Notes under the pieces: generated by a model | The model's input: only the letters and a program-made list of their open reading frames with translations | What the model was told of the DNA's origin: nothing | Databases searched by the model: none | Program-made: the position numbers and the translations under genes | Source: Felis catus | Lineage: Eukaryota | Length of the DNA stretch: 64,000 nt | Direction: 5' to 3' | Assembly (NCBI RefSeq): GCF_018350175.1 | Contig: NC_058368.1 | Span: forward strand, 62,312,001-62,376,000 | Shown: in pieces, positions 1-12,938 of the stretch | Layout of the letters: every line of letters begins with the position of its first letter | How positions within the stretch are numbered: the stretch's first letter is position 1

Positions 1-120
1 TATACAGGGAAATAAGTAACTATATCAAATTTATATTTAGGTTTGTACCTCCAATGAATTTAATCATTCTAGAGAAGGTTTAAGTTTCCAACCCACCATA
101 TTTTCCATCATTGAAACTCC

Positions 121-215
121 TTGTTTGTTTATTTATTTATTTATTTATTTATTCATTTATTTATTTATCATTTTTGTTTTTAGGAGTAGAATTTAGTGAT
201 TCATCACTCACATAC
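121..215 (-). mobile_element. Extremely 5'-truncated carnivore L1 3'-end fragment (~35 bp) with (TAAA)n tail
   Basis: Reverse complement of 181-215 (gtatgtgagtgatgaatcactaaattctactccta) matches this window's L1 3' end at ~4957-4990. (TTTA)n tail at 121-180. Flanking direct repeat tgaaactcc at 112-120 and 216-224. Confidence 0.75.
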
Positions 216-396
216 TGAAACTCCCTACTGAAACTATTTATATAAATCACATTGTATTGCTGTGTGTAATCACATTGTATTGCAGTTTGTTTTCTGAGGT
301 AATAATCCCAGTAGATTGCTATAATTCTATTATAAATCTACAAACATTTCAAAAGTAAAAATGAGAATACTAGGAATAAGAAGAGGAGACGTCTAT

Positions 397-900
397 TTCA
401 TAGACCCCTAATAACATAGGATTGGAACAGATCTGAAACAATCAATCACACAGTCCATCACTAACCTTTTTTGCTTGAATTATTTCAATAAACGGCTACC
501 AGCCTCTAAATGTTTCCACTGACAGAGATATAAAAATTTCAAACCTGGCCAATTTCAGTGATGGACATCTAACATTCCTTTCATATACTGAATTAATTTC
601 TATCTCCTCAATTATGATTATGAGTTCCTCTCATCGAGGAAAGGTGGTCCAATTTTTCAAGGAAATGTATTCAAACACTTGAGTATAATTATGACAGGCC
701 CTACAAGTATTTCTCTTTTCCAGATTAAACACTACCAGTGTCTTCCATTATTTCTGAAAACACAGCCTTTGGATACCCAAATTTGTCAATAATCCTCTAG
801 GATTCAGCCCCCATAAATGAACACACAACTGAAGCTGTTGAATTTAATCCTGGGTCAGGTGAGACCTTATATCCTTCGAAGGGACATGAGATTTTAATGA
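397..900 (-). mobile_element. Ancient L3/CR1 LINE relic
   Basis: Degenerate matches to antisense L3 3' region (tcatagac...ttggaacagatct, ccagcctct, tctcttttccagattaaaca); boundaries approximate. Confidence 0.5.
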
Positions 901-2040
901 ACTTTGTTCAACATGAAAATGCATTTTTATAATAGCCCAAGCATATATTTAGTTTCAATACAGGCAATTCTACACTTTTAACGTTCTTTGGAAATAAAAC
1001 CATTGTTCAAATCCTCTGTATTCTTAGTACTTAGTAAAGAGTACTTGATAATTACTGAATATAGTTGTAAAATGTCTATGTTTGTATATGCATGTGAATG
1101 GAATTAAAAGTTAACCATTAATTAAATTCTGAGGAGACATGGATTGAGAGAGATTTGAAAAAGGAAGGGAGTAGTTAGACAATAGGTAAACAGAATCCAG
1201 CTACAAACTAGAAGAAAGATAGAGTGTAATTCAAAAATACTTCGGAATAGGGAAATGTTATTGAAACAATGAAGACTACTTGGGTAAGAAATGAATAATC
1301 ATGGAGATGTATTTCCTAGCATGATCAACTAAAGTGGAACAGCTTACATTAGTGAATGAAAGATGGATACTAAAGAAGGTTGGACCCTTAAAGAGAGTTG
1401 AAAATCGTTGCAATAGGATCTAGGAAATAATCTATTTACTCTTATTCCCTTAAGTACAGTCTGTATGGCATGAACTGTTATGACATTGGAAATGAGATAG
1501 AAATAGTGCTAAGTTCTAGTTCCAAGATATTCACAATCTACTGGGGATAATTAACTCATTAACTTATTATACTAGATCCCTGGTGATGAAAGTTGGGCTA
1601 TTAAAAAGGCCATGTATTAATATTGATAAAAGTATATTTCAAATACATCCAAATACAACTTTGGGGTATCTAAAAATAGAATAGAATTATAATATGATTA
1701 AATTATTATAAAAATTAAAAATATAATAAATAAAAAATAAAATGGCTAGCAGGTATAAACTATTTTTTGAGGTAGCAGTAATAAAAATGAAAATATTAGT
1801 CAACACCTTAAACATGGATGCCTACACTTCCATTTCTGGGAATCAAACTGAGCAAAGCTAAATTTATATTTCTACTAGTTACAAGAAATTCACCTAAATA
1901 TAAAATGGCACCCAAAGACTGAAGGAAGGAAAAGATATATATTTCAATGATCGAATGTCAGCAAAGGCCAAGTGTAGTGATATTAGTAACAGGAAAATCC
2001 ACAGCGATTATTCTCAAAGCTTGTACAGTTAATTTCATAA

Positions 2041-2043
2041 ATA

Positions 2044-2100
<57 letters not shown>
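2041..2100. repeat. (AT)n microsatellite
   Basis: 60 bp of AT repeats with one AC interruption. Confidence 0.98.
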
Positions 2101-2103
<3 letters not shown>

Positions 2104-2568
2104 CTCTCTGGTTATGAGTTAAAGTGGGTATATCAAATAGATTGATGACATTAACAGCTCAGAAAATCTGTAATCTAAAATGTCCATATTCTCTTGTTTA
2201 GGTTTCAGTAAGTCAACTGAGTATTTTGGAGATATGCAACTACAGGCCAAGAGGCTAAACATACTCAAGTAACTAGAAAGAAGAGGAGTTACATCATATT
2301 CTGGATGCTGAAAATATCATCTGTTGTGCTCAACCCTTCTCTGGAAGCCTACCAGAGAAGGTCTCTCTAGAGCAGACCAAAGGTGGTGGTGTTCCAGGGA
2401 AGCGACCTGTGGCTCTCTCTAGTGTGCCTGGTAGATGGATGGCAGTATCAGAACTATGGAAACAAGTAATCATAACATACAGATCACATTAAGCAACAAA
2501 GTCAGAAGTGGACCAAGCAGATTGACCAGAATCAGATAATACAGCAGAACTAGGTGTTACAATGGGCT

Positions 2569-2569
<1 letters not shown>

Positions 2570-2616
<47 letters not shown>
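2570..2616. repeat. (CA)n microsatellite
   Basis: Pure CA run of ~23 units. Confidence 0.98.
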
Positions 2617-2620
<4 letters not shown>

Positions 2621-2928
2621 CAAATCCCTTTTCTCTAAATGTTCTAGGGAGAGAAGAATCCTTTCAAGTCTATGATTCCTTGTAGCCTAAGGAAAGTGTC
2701 CTGGGAGGAAGATGAGGATGGTTGCTGACTGGAGTTACAGACTTAGATTAAAATAGTTGTCCTCAAAATCCATTATCAGTAGATACTAAAACACTACTTC
2801 TGAGAGTCCCTGTCTCAGTTTGTGGGCCAATCCTTCTTTTTAGTAGAACTTCAGACCCCTGGGTTCTATGATTTGATAGTTGTCACATACACTATTGATC
2901 TCAACAGAGAATGCCCATAAAAACTCAC

Positions 2929-2940
2929 TTTACTTCTGTC
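2929..2940 (-). other. Candidate 12-nt microexon (GACAGAAGTAAA), host gene unknown
   Basis: Minus strand reads tttctatgttactccttttcccctttctgttgcgag|GACAGAAGTAAA|gtgagt: pyrimidine tract, UGC next to the acceptor, consensus donor. The acceptor is the rare GAG type. Confidence 0.3.
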
Positions 2941-4177
2941 CTCGCAACAGAAAGGGGAAAAGGAGTAACATAGAAACTATTTGGCACATTTGCTGATTTC
3001 TGCAACTACTACAACGTGAGCTCTGCTGTTTGAACAAATGCTCATATCTGAGTGCCGATTTAAAGAAATTTACTTTTGAGTTTTTCATGAAACCTTTATG
3101 AATACATGTCGCATTATTCTGCCTCACTTTTTGTCACATTTCTTCCTTTCCCATTGTATTTTGACTCAGACCTATTCTTCCTATCCCTTGAGGCAGAGGA
3201 TCAACTTGAACTATTTTGTTTAACTGCCATTTGGATTTGAAGGGATTTTCCATTTTGAAAGTTGAATTTTTCTAATGAAGAGTTTCTTAGTAAAATGTAC
3301 TTTGAAAATTAAACGGCTGAGGTGAACTGGTTATATACTGAATTCCATTAAACAAATATTAATAACAAAAACAAGCAAAAATTAAAAAAGGATTTTTCAT
3401 CATTTATCATTATCTGCACAGCTTCAATAAAGCCAATTAAAAAATCTTTCTCATTTTCACAGTAGGTAATAGGTTCAATCAAGACTTTAATAACTCTTTC
3501 CAAAATATATTAAAATACAAATATGTTTTCATACCAAGTATCAATTTTCAGGTTGATTTAGCCACAAAAATGTATGATTTTGAAGTATAAAATGTATTAC
3601 TTATCAAGGAAGTCATATAAGAAAATCTAAACGCTGCCTCTTTTAAACAAAATATATTTACATATTTATTACAGTATTAGGGGAAATTATGAATGACATG
3701 TTTAAAACGCAAGTTTGAATGCTCTTTATCTTTGCCACGAGCACATCACTTATTATTACACATGCCACTTTTTTTGCTAATACTTATCCACTGCTATGGT
3801 GAAAAGTTAGGTGAACACTGAGAGGAAGACAGCCTGCAAACGCTTGCCCCCATGCTGGTCTTTGGTTTTGTCTACCTTGTTTTGAAATACTCCTTTTTTG
3901 AACAAAGTTTCTTGCCCATTAAATTTGAACAGAGCTTTTCAAGTGCTTCTGCTAAGTAGGTAGTTCTTCCTCTGTGATTCCATGTCTAACCTCAGGCAAT
4001 CCAACCTCTTTTATGAAAAGGGCATTGACTCTAAGACATCTGGTTTCAAATTAAGACATTTTCTTATTTTCAGACCATTCTTTTTCTATACTAAACTGAA
4101 TGTCTTCCATACACACAGCTATTCTTTTCTTTTCTGCCACTAGTGTGCTTTTTCTGTATTTAAAAGCATTGATTCAT

Positions 4178-5055
4178 AGTATCCAAAACCTATAAAGAAC
4201 TTACCAACTCAAAATCCAAAAATTAATAACCCAGTTAAGAAATGGGAAGAAGACATGAATAGACACTTTTCCAAAGAAGATACCCAGATGGCTAACAGAC
4301 ACATGAAAATATGCTCAACATCACTCATCATCAGGGAAATACAAATAAAAACCATGATGAGATACCACCTCATACCTGTCAGAATATCTAAAATTAACAA
4401 CAAAAGAAACAAGAGGTGTTGGCAAGGATGCAGAGAAAGGGGAACCCTCTTACACAGTTGGTGGGAATGCAAACTGGTGTAGCCACTGTGGGAAACAGTA
4501 CAGAGGTTCCTCAAAAAGTTAAAAATAGAACTACCCTACAATCCAACAATTGTACTATATACATACATATATATTTATGTATATATATTCCTATATATAT
4601 ATAGGAATATAGGAATATTCCTATATATATATAGGAATATTACACAGCCATTGAAAAGAATGAAATCTTGCCATTTGCAATGATGTGGATGGAGCCAAAA
4701 TGTAGTATGCTAAGCGAAATAAGTCAATCAGAGGAAGAGAAATACCACATTGATTTCACTCATATGCAGAATTTAAGAAACAAAACAGATGAACATATGG
4801 GAAGGGGTCAGGAGAAAGAGATGGAGAAACAAACCACAATAGACTCTTAATGATAGAGAAGAAACTATGGGTTGACAGAGAAAGGTAGGCGGGAGATGGG
4901 CTAGATGGATATTGGATACTAAGGAGGGCACTTGTTGGGATGAGCACTGGGTGTTGCAGGTAAGTGATGAATCAATGAATTCTACTCCTGAAACCAATAT
5001 TGCACTGTTAATTAACTAAAATTTAAATTAAAAAATAAATAAACATAATTAAAAG
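4178..5055 (+). mobile_element. 5'-truncated carnivore L1 (ORF2 C-terminus plus 3' UTR and A-rich tail)
   Basis: ORF 4255-4482 ([33 protein letters not shown]...RYHLIPVR...[18 protein letters not shown]) is the L1 ORF2p Cys-rich C-terminus. TSD cattgattcat at 4167-4177 and 5060-5070. Confidence 0.95.
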
Positions 5056-5789
5056 AAAACATTGATTCATTTAAAATGTATATATCAAGGATGTATTCTA
5101 TTCAAGGTACTAAATAAAAAAGCAACTCCAAATAGTAACCAGAACACTACTTACTACATAACATCTTTTCAAGTATTTGAAAACAAAAGACTATCGTTTT
5201 TCAGACCCAAATTGCATGTGTGTGTCAACTATTTTCTGTTGAGTTTCCCCAATAAACATCATTATATTCCATATATCTGTTTTTATCTTTACTGCCATTC
5301 ACTTAGTCAAAGCTTCCTAGTTGTCTATAAACATATTTAAGCTGCCTGCTAATTCTGCATTTACAGGGTTAGTGATTCCTAAAATATGCAAAACCAGTAT
5401 ACTTTCTGTTCGGTTAATATCTATTATGCAGCTTCTCATTGCAACGCAAATACAACTTTAAACAATTTGTACATAAAATATAGAATAGAAATATATAAGT
5501 AGAATATATAAGATATTACACAAAAATCCTGTTTGCTGATGGTTTCCAACATCAGTTTTCACTACTTTCCCTTTTGGCACACCAGTATTCATTCAGATAT
5601 GAAATATTCCAAACTCTCACCTGCTTCCAGACCTTAGCATATCCACATTCTCTTCCTGGATTTCACTCCAGTCTAGTCTTCCTAAGAAAAATAGCCCTAT
5701 TCTTTAGTAATGACCTGGAAGGAAACCAGTTCTTACTATCCCACGTAGGAAACTGCTTGCAGTATACTAAAACCCATTGACTCTTCTTC

Positions 5790-5960
5790 TGAACTGTATT
5801 TCTCAGACATGTAACCAAGCAAGATGGGGGTAGAAGTGATGTGTGCCACTTTGGGAACAAGACTTTAAGAAGTAGTCTGCCTCCTATAGCTCTCTTCTTT
5901 TTCTTCTTTAATTTATTACTACGATTGCCAGGCACAGTTGAAGATGATGAGCAAAAGAAA
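5790..5960 (+). mobile_element. Old MaLR (MLT1-type) LTR fragment
   Basis: gtagaagtgatgtgtgccactt motif typical of old MLT1 LTRs. Confidence 0.5.
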
Positions 5961-6559
5961 ATCAACACATTTGTGTTACATAATTGGATGGGTAAGTTAA
6001 GCAATAAATAAAGAAAACAATACATATTTAGTGTATTTGCAGGTAGAGAAGGAGAACAGGAAGGAGTTAAGCATGCTAATTCTAAAGCTCTGTTAACTCC
6101 CCAACAGTAACTAATGAGCTGGCAAAAAGTGTTAGAACTGACACTGGAGTCTATTCAAAACCTTGCAGCAAACAGGGGAAGACTTGAAGAAGCTGATGCT
6201 TTGTGATAAGAATGCACTGTGTGTGTTTTAAATGGCCTGTCATCCCCCCAAACACAAGATTGGCAGGAACAGTGCACATGGTCCGGATGGTAGCCTGAAG
6301 TCCTGTTTCATTTGCCAGTGCCAGAGGAAGCGAATTCTGTTCTCAGAGGACTGTGGCTGTGGCCTCAGCCTGTCTAGCGGCTTCTTCAAAGACCAACAAG
6401 AAGGTTTCCCTTCCTTCTGCCCCACTACCATTTGCCCCAGGGCTGGACAGTGCTCTGGGCAGATTTTGCTGAAAATGGTTAAAGGCACAGGTATTAGCCC
6501 CAGCAGACAGAAATGAGGAACAATACGTCACTTCTTCAAAATTGTTTTGGCTGTTGAAG

Positions 6560-9500
6560 TTCATTTTCATTTCCATATGCATTTTTTAATCAGCTTGCTG
6601 ATTTTGACCAAAAATACTAATGGGATTTTCGAAGGATTATGTGAAATCATTACATCAATTTGGGGGAAATGGTCAATTTTACATGTTCCAATTAATGACA
6701 GTAGAGTTCATTTTATTTGGATCTTTGGCTCTGTTGTTTTTGGCATAGATCTTGAACACATTTTGTTAAATTTATACCTATATTTTCCATGTTTTATGAT
6801 GTTGCATTATTTTTAAAATCTCAATAATCAGATACTCATTGTTATAAAGAAATATGATGAATTTTTGCATATCTACCTTTTATCTTGAGACATTAAATTC
6901 ACTTATTACTTCTGGTAGTTAATTGACAAATTCTTTAATATTTTCTATATAGTATATTGAACCATGCTTTCTGGGAGTAGAGAGTTTTATTTCTTCCTTA
7001 ACAAACTGTATGACTAGTATTTTATTTATCTGTTCATCGCACCCACTAGGAACTCTAGTATAAAGTTAAAAACAACCAGAGAAGCTTAGATACGTCTCGC
7101 TCCCAAACTTAGGGGAAAAGAAGTCTGTCATTGACCAAAGTAGGATGTTAACTGTAGAGTTATTAATAAACTTTCAATTTTAGAATAGTTTTAGGTTTAT
7201 AGAAAATTTGCAAAAATAATACGGAGAGCTCTTTTCTACCTCACACTGTTTCCTCCATTATTAATATCTTGTATTAATATTGGAAATTTCTCACAATATA
7301 CGATCCAATATAATACACTGCTATTTTTCCTAAGTTTTTTTTCTTATAATGTTATTTTTTTAATTTTGGTACTAGATACATGCTGGTATTATAAAATAAT
7401 TTGAAAGGAGTCTCTTTTCTAGTTTCTGGAAGACCTTTTTTCGTGGTAGTATTACAATTCCTTAAATACCCACTGAAACCAAACGGGTCTAGAGATTTCA
7501 TTCTTGGAAAGATATTAACTAAAAATCTATTGTTATATATATGATATTCACATAAACTATTTTTCTTGAATGAACCTTAAGATTTTTGTCTCTGAAAAAA
7601 ATTGCCCATTGTTATCTAAACTGTAGATTTATGCATCTATATTTTAAATAATCCTTTATTACTTTTTAAAAATTTCAATATGGTCCATGGTGGTATCTCT
7701 TTGATCTTTGTGATCTATTTGTGTCTTTTATCTTTTTACTTGATTAATCTATACTAATGGATTTTCAAGTTCTTAATCATTTAAAGAACTAGGAATATGT
7801 AATTTTTATTGACTTTCATTTGTCTGTTTTCAACATCTTTAATTTTTGTTTCTATATTTCATTCATTCTGATTTCTTTGGGTTTAGTTTTTTCTACTTAT
7901 TTTATTGTTTTTAACATTGAATGTTAGGTTATTTGTTACAGGTCTATATTTATAATATTATTGTTTAAAGATACAATTTCATAATATGTACGACTTCAGT
8001 AATATCTACATATTTTATGTTGTTTTTCATTTTCATTCATTGAAATATATATTGTAGAGGGTAGGTGGTTGGGAATATGGTAGAAACACATAAAGGGGTT
8101 TAAGAGGTATTCAAATTTCCAGTTATAAAATAAGTAACTCAGGGAGATGAAAAGTATAGCATAGGGAATATGGTAAATAATATGTAATAACATTGTATGG
8201 TGATGGATAGTAACTGCATTTATGTGTGTCGATTATACTTCAATTATATATATGTATATAATTTTCATATTTTACATATATATGTCATTTTCTGTGTAAA
8301 TTTTTTCTTTGACCTGTAGGTAATTTTAGAAATGTGTTAATTCAAATATATTTGGGAATTTTCCAATATCACTTTTGTTTTGATTTTTAGTTTAAATCCC
8401 TTGTGGTTAGACAAATTCTATATAAAAGTTATATTTTTGAAATCTGTTGAGATGCTTTTATTTCCCTACATATGAAATATATTCTTGAATACTCCATTGA
8501 ACTTGAATGAATGTGTATTATACTCTTGTTGGATTTCATATTCTTACAATACCAGTTATGTTCAGTTGGTTGGAAGTGCTTTCCTATTCTTCTCATCTTT
8601 TCTGATTTTCTTTCTAGTGGGAGAAATATATTGAAGTCTCCAGTTGTCATTCCCTGTACCTCCTTTCTTCCCGCAGTTTTGTTTCATGAATTATGTAGGA
8701 TTCTGGTAAGTGTAAACACATTTAGAACTGGCATCATTTTTTGGTTTTTAAATCTCTGTGTCATTTTACAATGCCCTGGTCATCCCTAGTTATATTCGTT
8801 TGTCTGAAATCAAATTTGTTTGATATTAATATAGCCACTTCAATTTTTTTGATTAGTACATGCTTAGAATGTCTTTTTCTACCCTGTTACCTTTAAAGCA
8901 TTCCTATCTTTGCAGTTAAAGTGTATTTCTTGTAGATAGTATAAAATTAGATCTCACTCTATCTAGTGACCATCTGTTTTCTTTAAAATTTTTGTGCATT
9001 GATAACTTTAATTTTAATGTAATATTTATATTAAATATAATGTATCAACATTGTCATTTTCTTTATTTTATCATCATTTTCTGACAGCTTTTGGATTATT
9101 TACCTTTTTGATTTTATATTATCTCCAATTCGGACTGATTATTTATACTTTTTTCTATTTCTTTCACTGTTTTCTCTCTTACTCTAAACCGTATAACTTT
9201 AATTAACTAACCATACATTCAACTGACATATTGCTTTATACTGCAAGAACCTACAAAACATAATATCAACCTTGCCCCTTCCATTTTATTTTCTTTACTA
9301 TTGTTTTCTAATACTTTAATGGTGCAAAAGCCATAAACTCAAAATACATTATTTTTGTTATTACTTTTGCTTTATAAATTCAACTATATTTTAAAAAGTA
9401 AATATAATAATTTATCTTCTATTTTATGTTTATCCTTACTTTATCCATTTCCATATAATTAATTTATTTATGGAGAATCATGTTTCGGCTTGGAATTATT

Positions 9501-9700
9501 TTTTGAATGAGGAATCTTTTTTTAACGCATCCTATAGTGAAAGTGTGATGGAAATAAAAGCACTTATTTCTCTAAAAATATATTTTTTAATCTTTATAAT
9601 TTAATATTTTTTCACTGACTAAAGCACAGGATTTAAGAGTTTTTGTTTTGTTTTGTTTTGTTTTCTCAGAATTTTAATGATGACACTCCATTTTCTATCT
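6560..9700 (-). mobile_element. Old L1M element, ORF2 region, degraded (host element; resumes at ~13830)
   Basis: T-rich antisense L1 motifs (catttccatatgcattttttaatcagcttg; tttgatattaatatagccacttca). ORF 8429-8650 (-) resembles the L1 endonuclease region (GDFN). Confidence 0.85.
8052..8230 (+). mobile_element. L1 3' UTR fragment (L1MA9/carnivore type) inserted in the older antisense L1
   Basis: aagaggtattcaaatttccagttataaaataagtaactcagggagatgaaaagtatagcatagggaatat is an L1 3' UTR motif in the opposite orientation to its surroundings. Confidence 0.75.
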
Positions 9701-11099
9701 CTGTCAGTTCTTTTGGATTTTCCACATAACTGATCATGTCATCTGTGAACAGTTTTATTTCTTCCTTTCCAATCTGCATACTCTTATTTATTTTTCTTAT
9801 CCCATTTCATTAGCTAAAACGAGTGAAACTGAAAAGGAGTGAAAAGAGGGGACATCCTTACCTTGTAGCTGATCTCAGTTAGAAAACTGCAAGTTTCCCA
9901 CTGTTAAGTATAATGTTACCTAGACGTTTTTTGTAGCTATGCTTTATCAAGTTGAGGAAGTTTTCCTCAATTCCTACCTACTGAGAGGTGTTTTTTTTTA
10001 TATATATATAATGAATGGGTTGTGGATTTTATCAAACACTTTTTTTTCTTTTTCTAGTTCCCTAAAGTAGAATCAGATTATCTTTTTTGGATCTTATTTC
10101 TTTTCTAATATATGCATTCAATGCTATTAACTTTCCTCTAAGCACTTCATTCACTGCATCCCACAAAGTTTGATAAGCTGTATTTTCATTTTCATTTGGT
10201 TTAAAATATTTTTAAATTTCTCTTAAGATTTCTTCCTTGACTCATGTTATTTAGAGGTATGTTGTTTAATCTCCACATATTTTGGAATTTTCCCGTTATC
10301 TTTCTGTATTGATATCTAGTTTGACTCCATTGTGGTCAGAGAGCCGACATTTTATGATTTCTATTCTTTTAAATTTCTGTATGTATATTTTACGGCCCAG
10401 AATTTTGTTTATCTTGACAAATGTTCCACTTAGGTGTGAAAAAAGTATTCTGCTATTGTTGAATGTCAACAATATAGATATCAATTATATCCAGTTGATT
10501 CATGGTGTTGTTAAGCTCAGCTATGTCCTTACTGATTTTCTGCTTGCTGAATCTGTCCATTTTTAACTGAGGGCTATTAAAGTTACCATCTATCATAATG
10601 AATTAATCCATTTCTCCTTGCAGTCTTATTAGTTTTTTCCTCACATAGTTTTACACTCTATTGTTAGGCACTTACAAAGTAAACATTGTTATGTTCTTAG
10701 AGAATTGACCTCTGTATCATAATGTAATGCTTTTCTTATCCCTGATAACTTCCCTTGCTTTGGAATCTACTTTGTCTAAAATTAATATAGCTGTTCTTGC
10801 TTTTTTTTAAAAAAATTAGCATTATATAGTGTATTTCCTCCATAGATTTACTTTTAATTTACATGTGTCTTTATATTTAAAGTAGGTTTCTTGTAAACAA
10901 AATACAGTTGTATTGTGATTTTTGTTCCATTCTGACAATCTGTGTCTTTTCATTGGTACATTTAGACCACTGACATTCAGTTATTATTATTGATATAGTG
11001 GAATTATATCTACCACAATTGTTACTATTTTCTGTTTGATGCCTTTATTCTTTGTTTCTATTTTGTCTTCCAGTCTTGTTCTTTTTGTAGGTGTTTTTT

Positions 11100-11305
11100 T
11101 AAATAATTTTTTAATGTTTATTTATTTTTGAGAGAGAGAGACAGAGTGAGAGCAAGGGAGGGGCAGAGAGAGAGGGAGACACAGAATCTGAAGCAGGCTC
11201 TAGGCTCTGAGCTGTCAGCACAGAGCCCTACATGGGGCTTGAACCCATGAAATCATGACCTGATCAAAGTTAGACACTCAGCCCACTGAGCCACCCAGGC
11301 GCCCC
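11100..11305 (-). mobile_element. Can-SINE (SINEC)
   Basis: Antisense tRNA-derived head (ctgagccacccaggcgcccc), (GA)n, T-rich tail; imperfect TSD ttgt(a/g)ggtg. Confidence 0.97.
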
Positions 11306-11698
11306 TTGTGGGTGCTTTTAAATGAGAATTTTGTATGACTCCTTTCTTTCTTTTTTTTTTCTTTTTTTTTTTCCTTTTATTGGTTGTTGTAGTGTTTGCA
11401 ATATACATTTACAGCTAATCAAAGTCTTCTTTCAAATAATACTATACTACCTCACAGGTACTATGAGTACACTTTAATAACAAAATAATCCCAATTCCTC
11501 CCTTCTGTCTCTTATATCATTGATGTCTTTGATTCACTTATATGTAAAAAACAAAAAGAATATATATAATGTTATATAATCTTACATATATTCATAAGAC
11601 ATATACATAAGCCTATATAATTAAATACATTGTTCATATTATTTTGAAAGAACTATTAGCTGTTATATCAATTAAGAATAAAAAAAATAAAAGTTTCC

Positions 11699-11920
11699 AA
11701 GCACCTGGGTGGCTCAGTTGGTTAAGCGTCTGACTTCAGCTAAGGTCATGATTTCACTGTTAGTGAGTTCAAGCCCCGCGGTGGACTCTGGGCTGACAGC
11801 TGGGAGTCTGGGTCCTGCTTTGGATTCCGTGTCTCCCTCTCTCTCTATGCCCCTCCCCAATTTGTGCTCTGTCTTCTCTCAAAAATAAATAAACATTTAA
11901 AAATTAAAAAAAAAGAAAAG
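11699..11920 (+). mobile_element. Can-SINE (SINEC)
   Basis: gcacctgggtggctcagttggttaagcgtc...(CT)n...aaaaataaataaac tail. Confidence 0.97.
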
Positions 11921-12172
11921 AAAGTTTTTATTTTACTTTCACTTCTTCAGTGTTCTTCCTTTCTTTATTTAGATCCTAGTTTCTGATGTATATTATTTTC
12001 CTTCTCTCTAAAAACCTTCTTTTAACATTTCTCGCAAGGCAGGTCTACTGATAACAAATTCCCTCAGGTTTTATTCCTCTATACATAAGGTATTTTTATA
12101 CACTGGTTTCTGTTGGGATTTTTTTTTCTCTATCTTTGATTTTCCTATATTTGCAAATTACATGTATAGGAG

Positions 12173-12174
<2 letters not shown>

Positions 12175-12216
<42 letters not shown>
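12175..12216. repeat. Poly(T)42
   Basis: Uninterrupted T run. Confidence 0.98.
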
Positions 12217-12219
<3 letters not shown>

Positions 12220-12938
12220 ACTTATCCTGCTTTCTGAATCTGTTGTTTGTTTTCTGACATTAGTTTTGGGCAATTTTCAATGATTATATTTCCAAATATT
12301 TCTTCTGTTCCTATGTTTTTCTTTCTCTTCTGGTATTCATATTACTTGTGTTACACCTTTCATAGTCCCACACTCCTTGGATATTTTTATCTCTTTTTTT
12401 TTTTCAGTCTTTGATCACTTTGCTTTCAGGTTTGGACATTTTTATTAAACTCAGAGATTCTTTCCTCAGCCATGTCATCTACTAATAAGCCCACCAAAAA
12501 TCACTCTTCATTTGTATTACAGTGTGTATTGTCTCTAGCAGGTCTTTCTGGTTCTTTCTTGGGCTCCCATCTCTCTGTTTATAATACCCATCTGTTCTTG
12601 CATAATTTCTAACTTTATCCATTAGAACCCTTAGCATACTAATCCTAATTGTGTTAAATTCGCAATCTGATAATTCCAACCTCCCTACCATGCCTGGTTC
12701 TGATGCTTGCTCTGTCTCTTCAAATTGTGTTGTTTGCCTATGGCATGACCTGTAATTTCTTCTTGATAGTTTGCTATGATGTACCCAGTAAAAGAGACTG
12801 CTATAAATAGACTTTTAGTAATGTGCTGGTGTCAGAGGAGGGAAAGCATTCCATAGTCCCATGATTATGTATCAGTCTTTAGTGAGCCTATGCCTCTGGA
12901 CCACAAAGTGTTCAACAAGTATTTTCAGGGTGTCTTTT

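Noticed and set aside
2200..2830. Possible ancient LTR around the (CA)n repeat
   Set aside because: Composition is suggestive, but I could not identify termini or a family with confidence.
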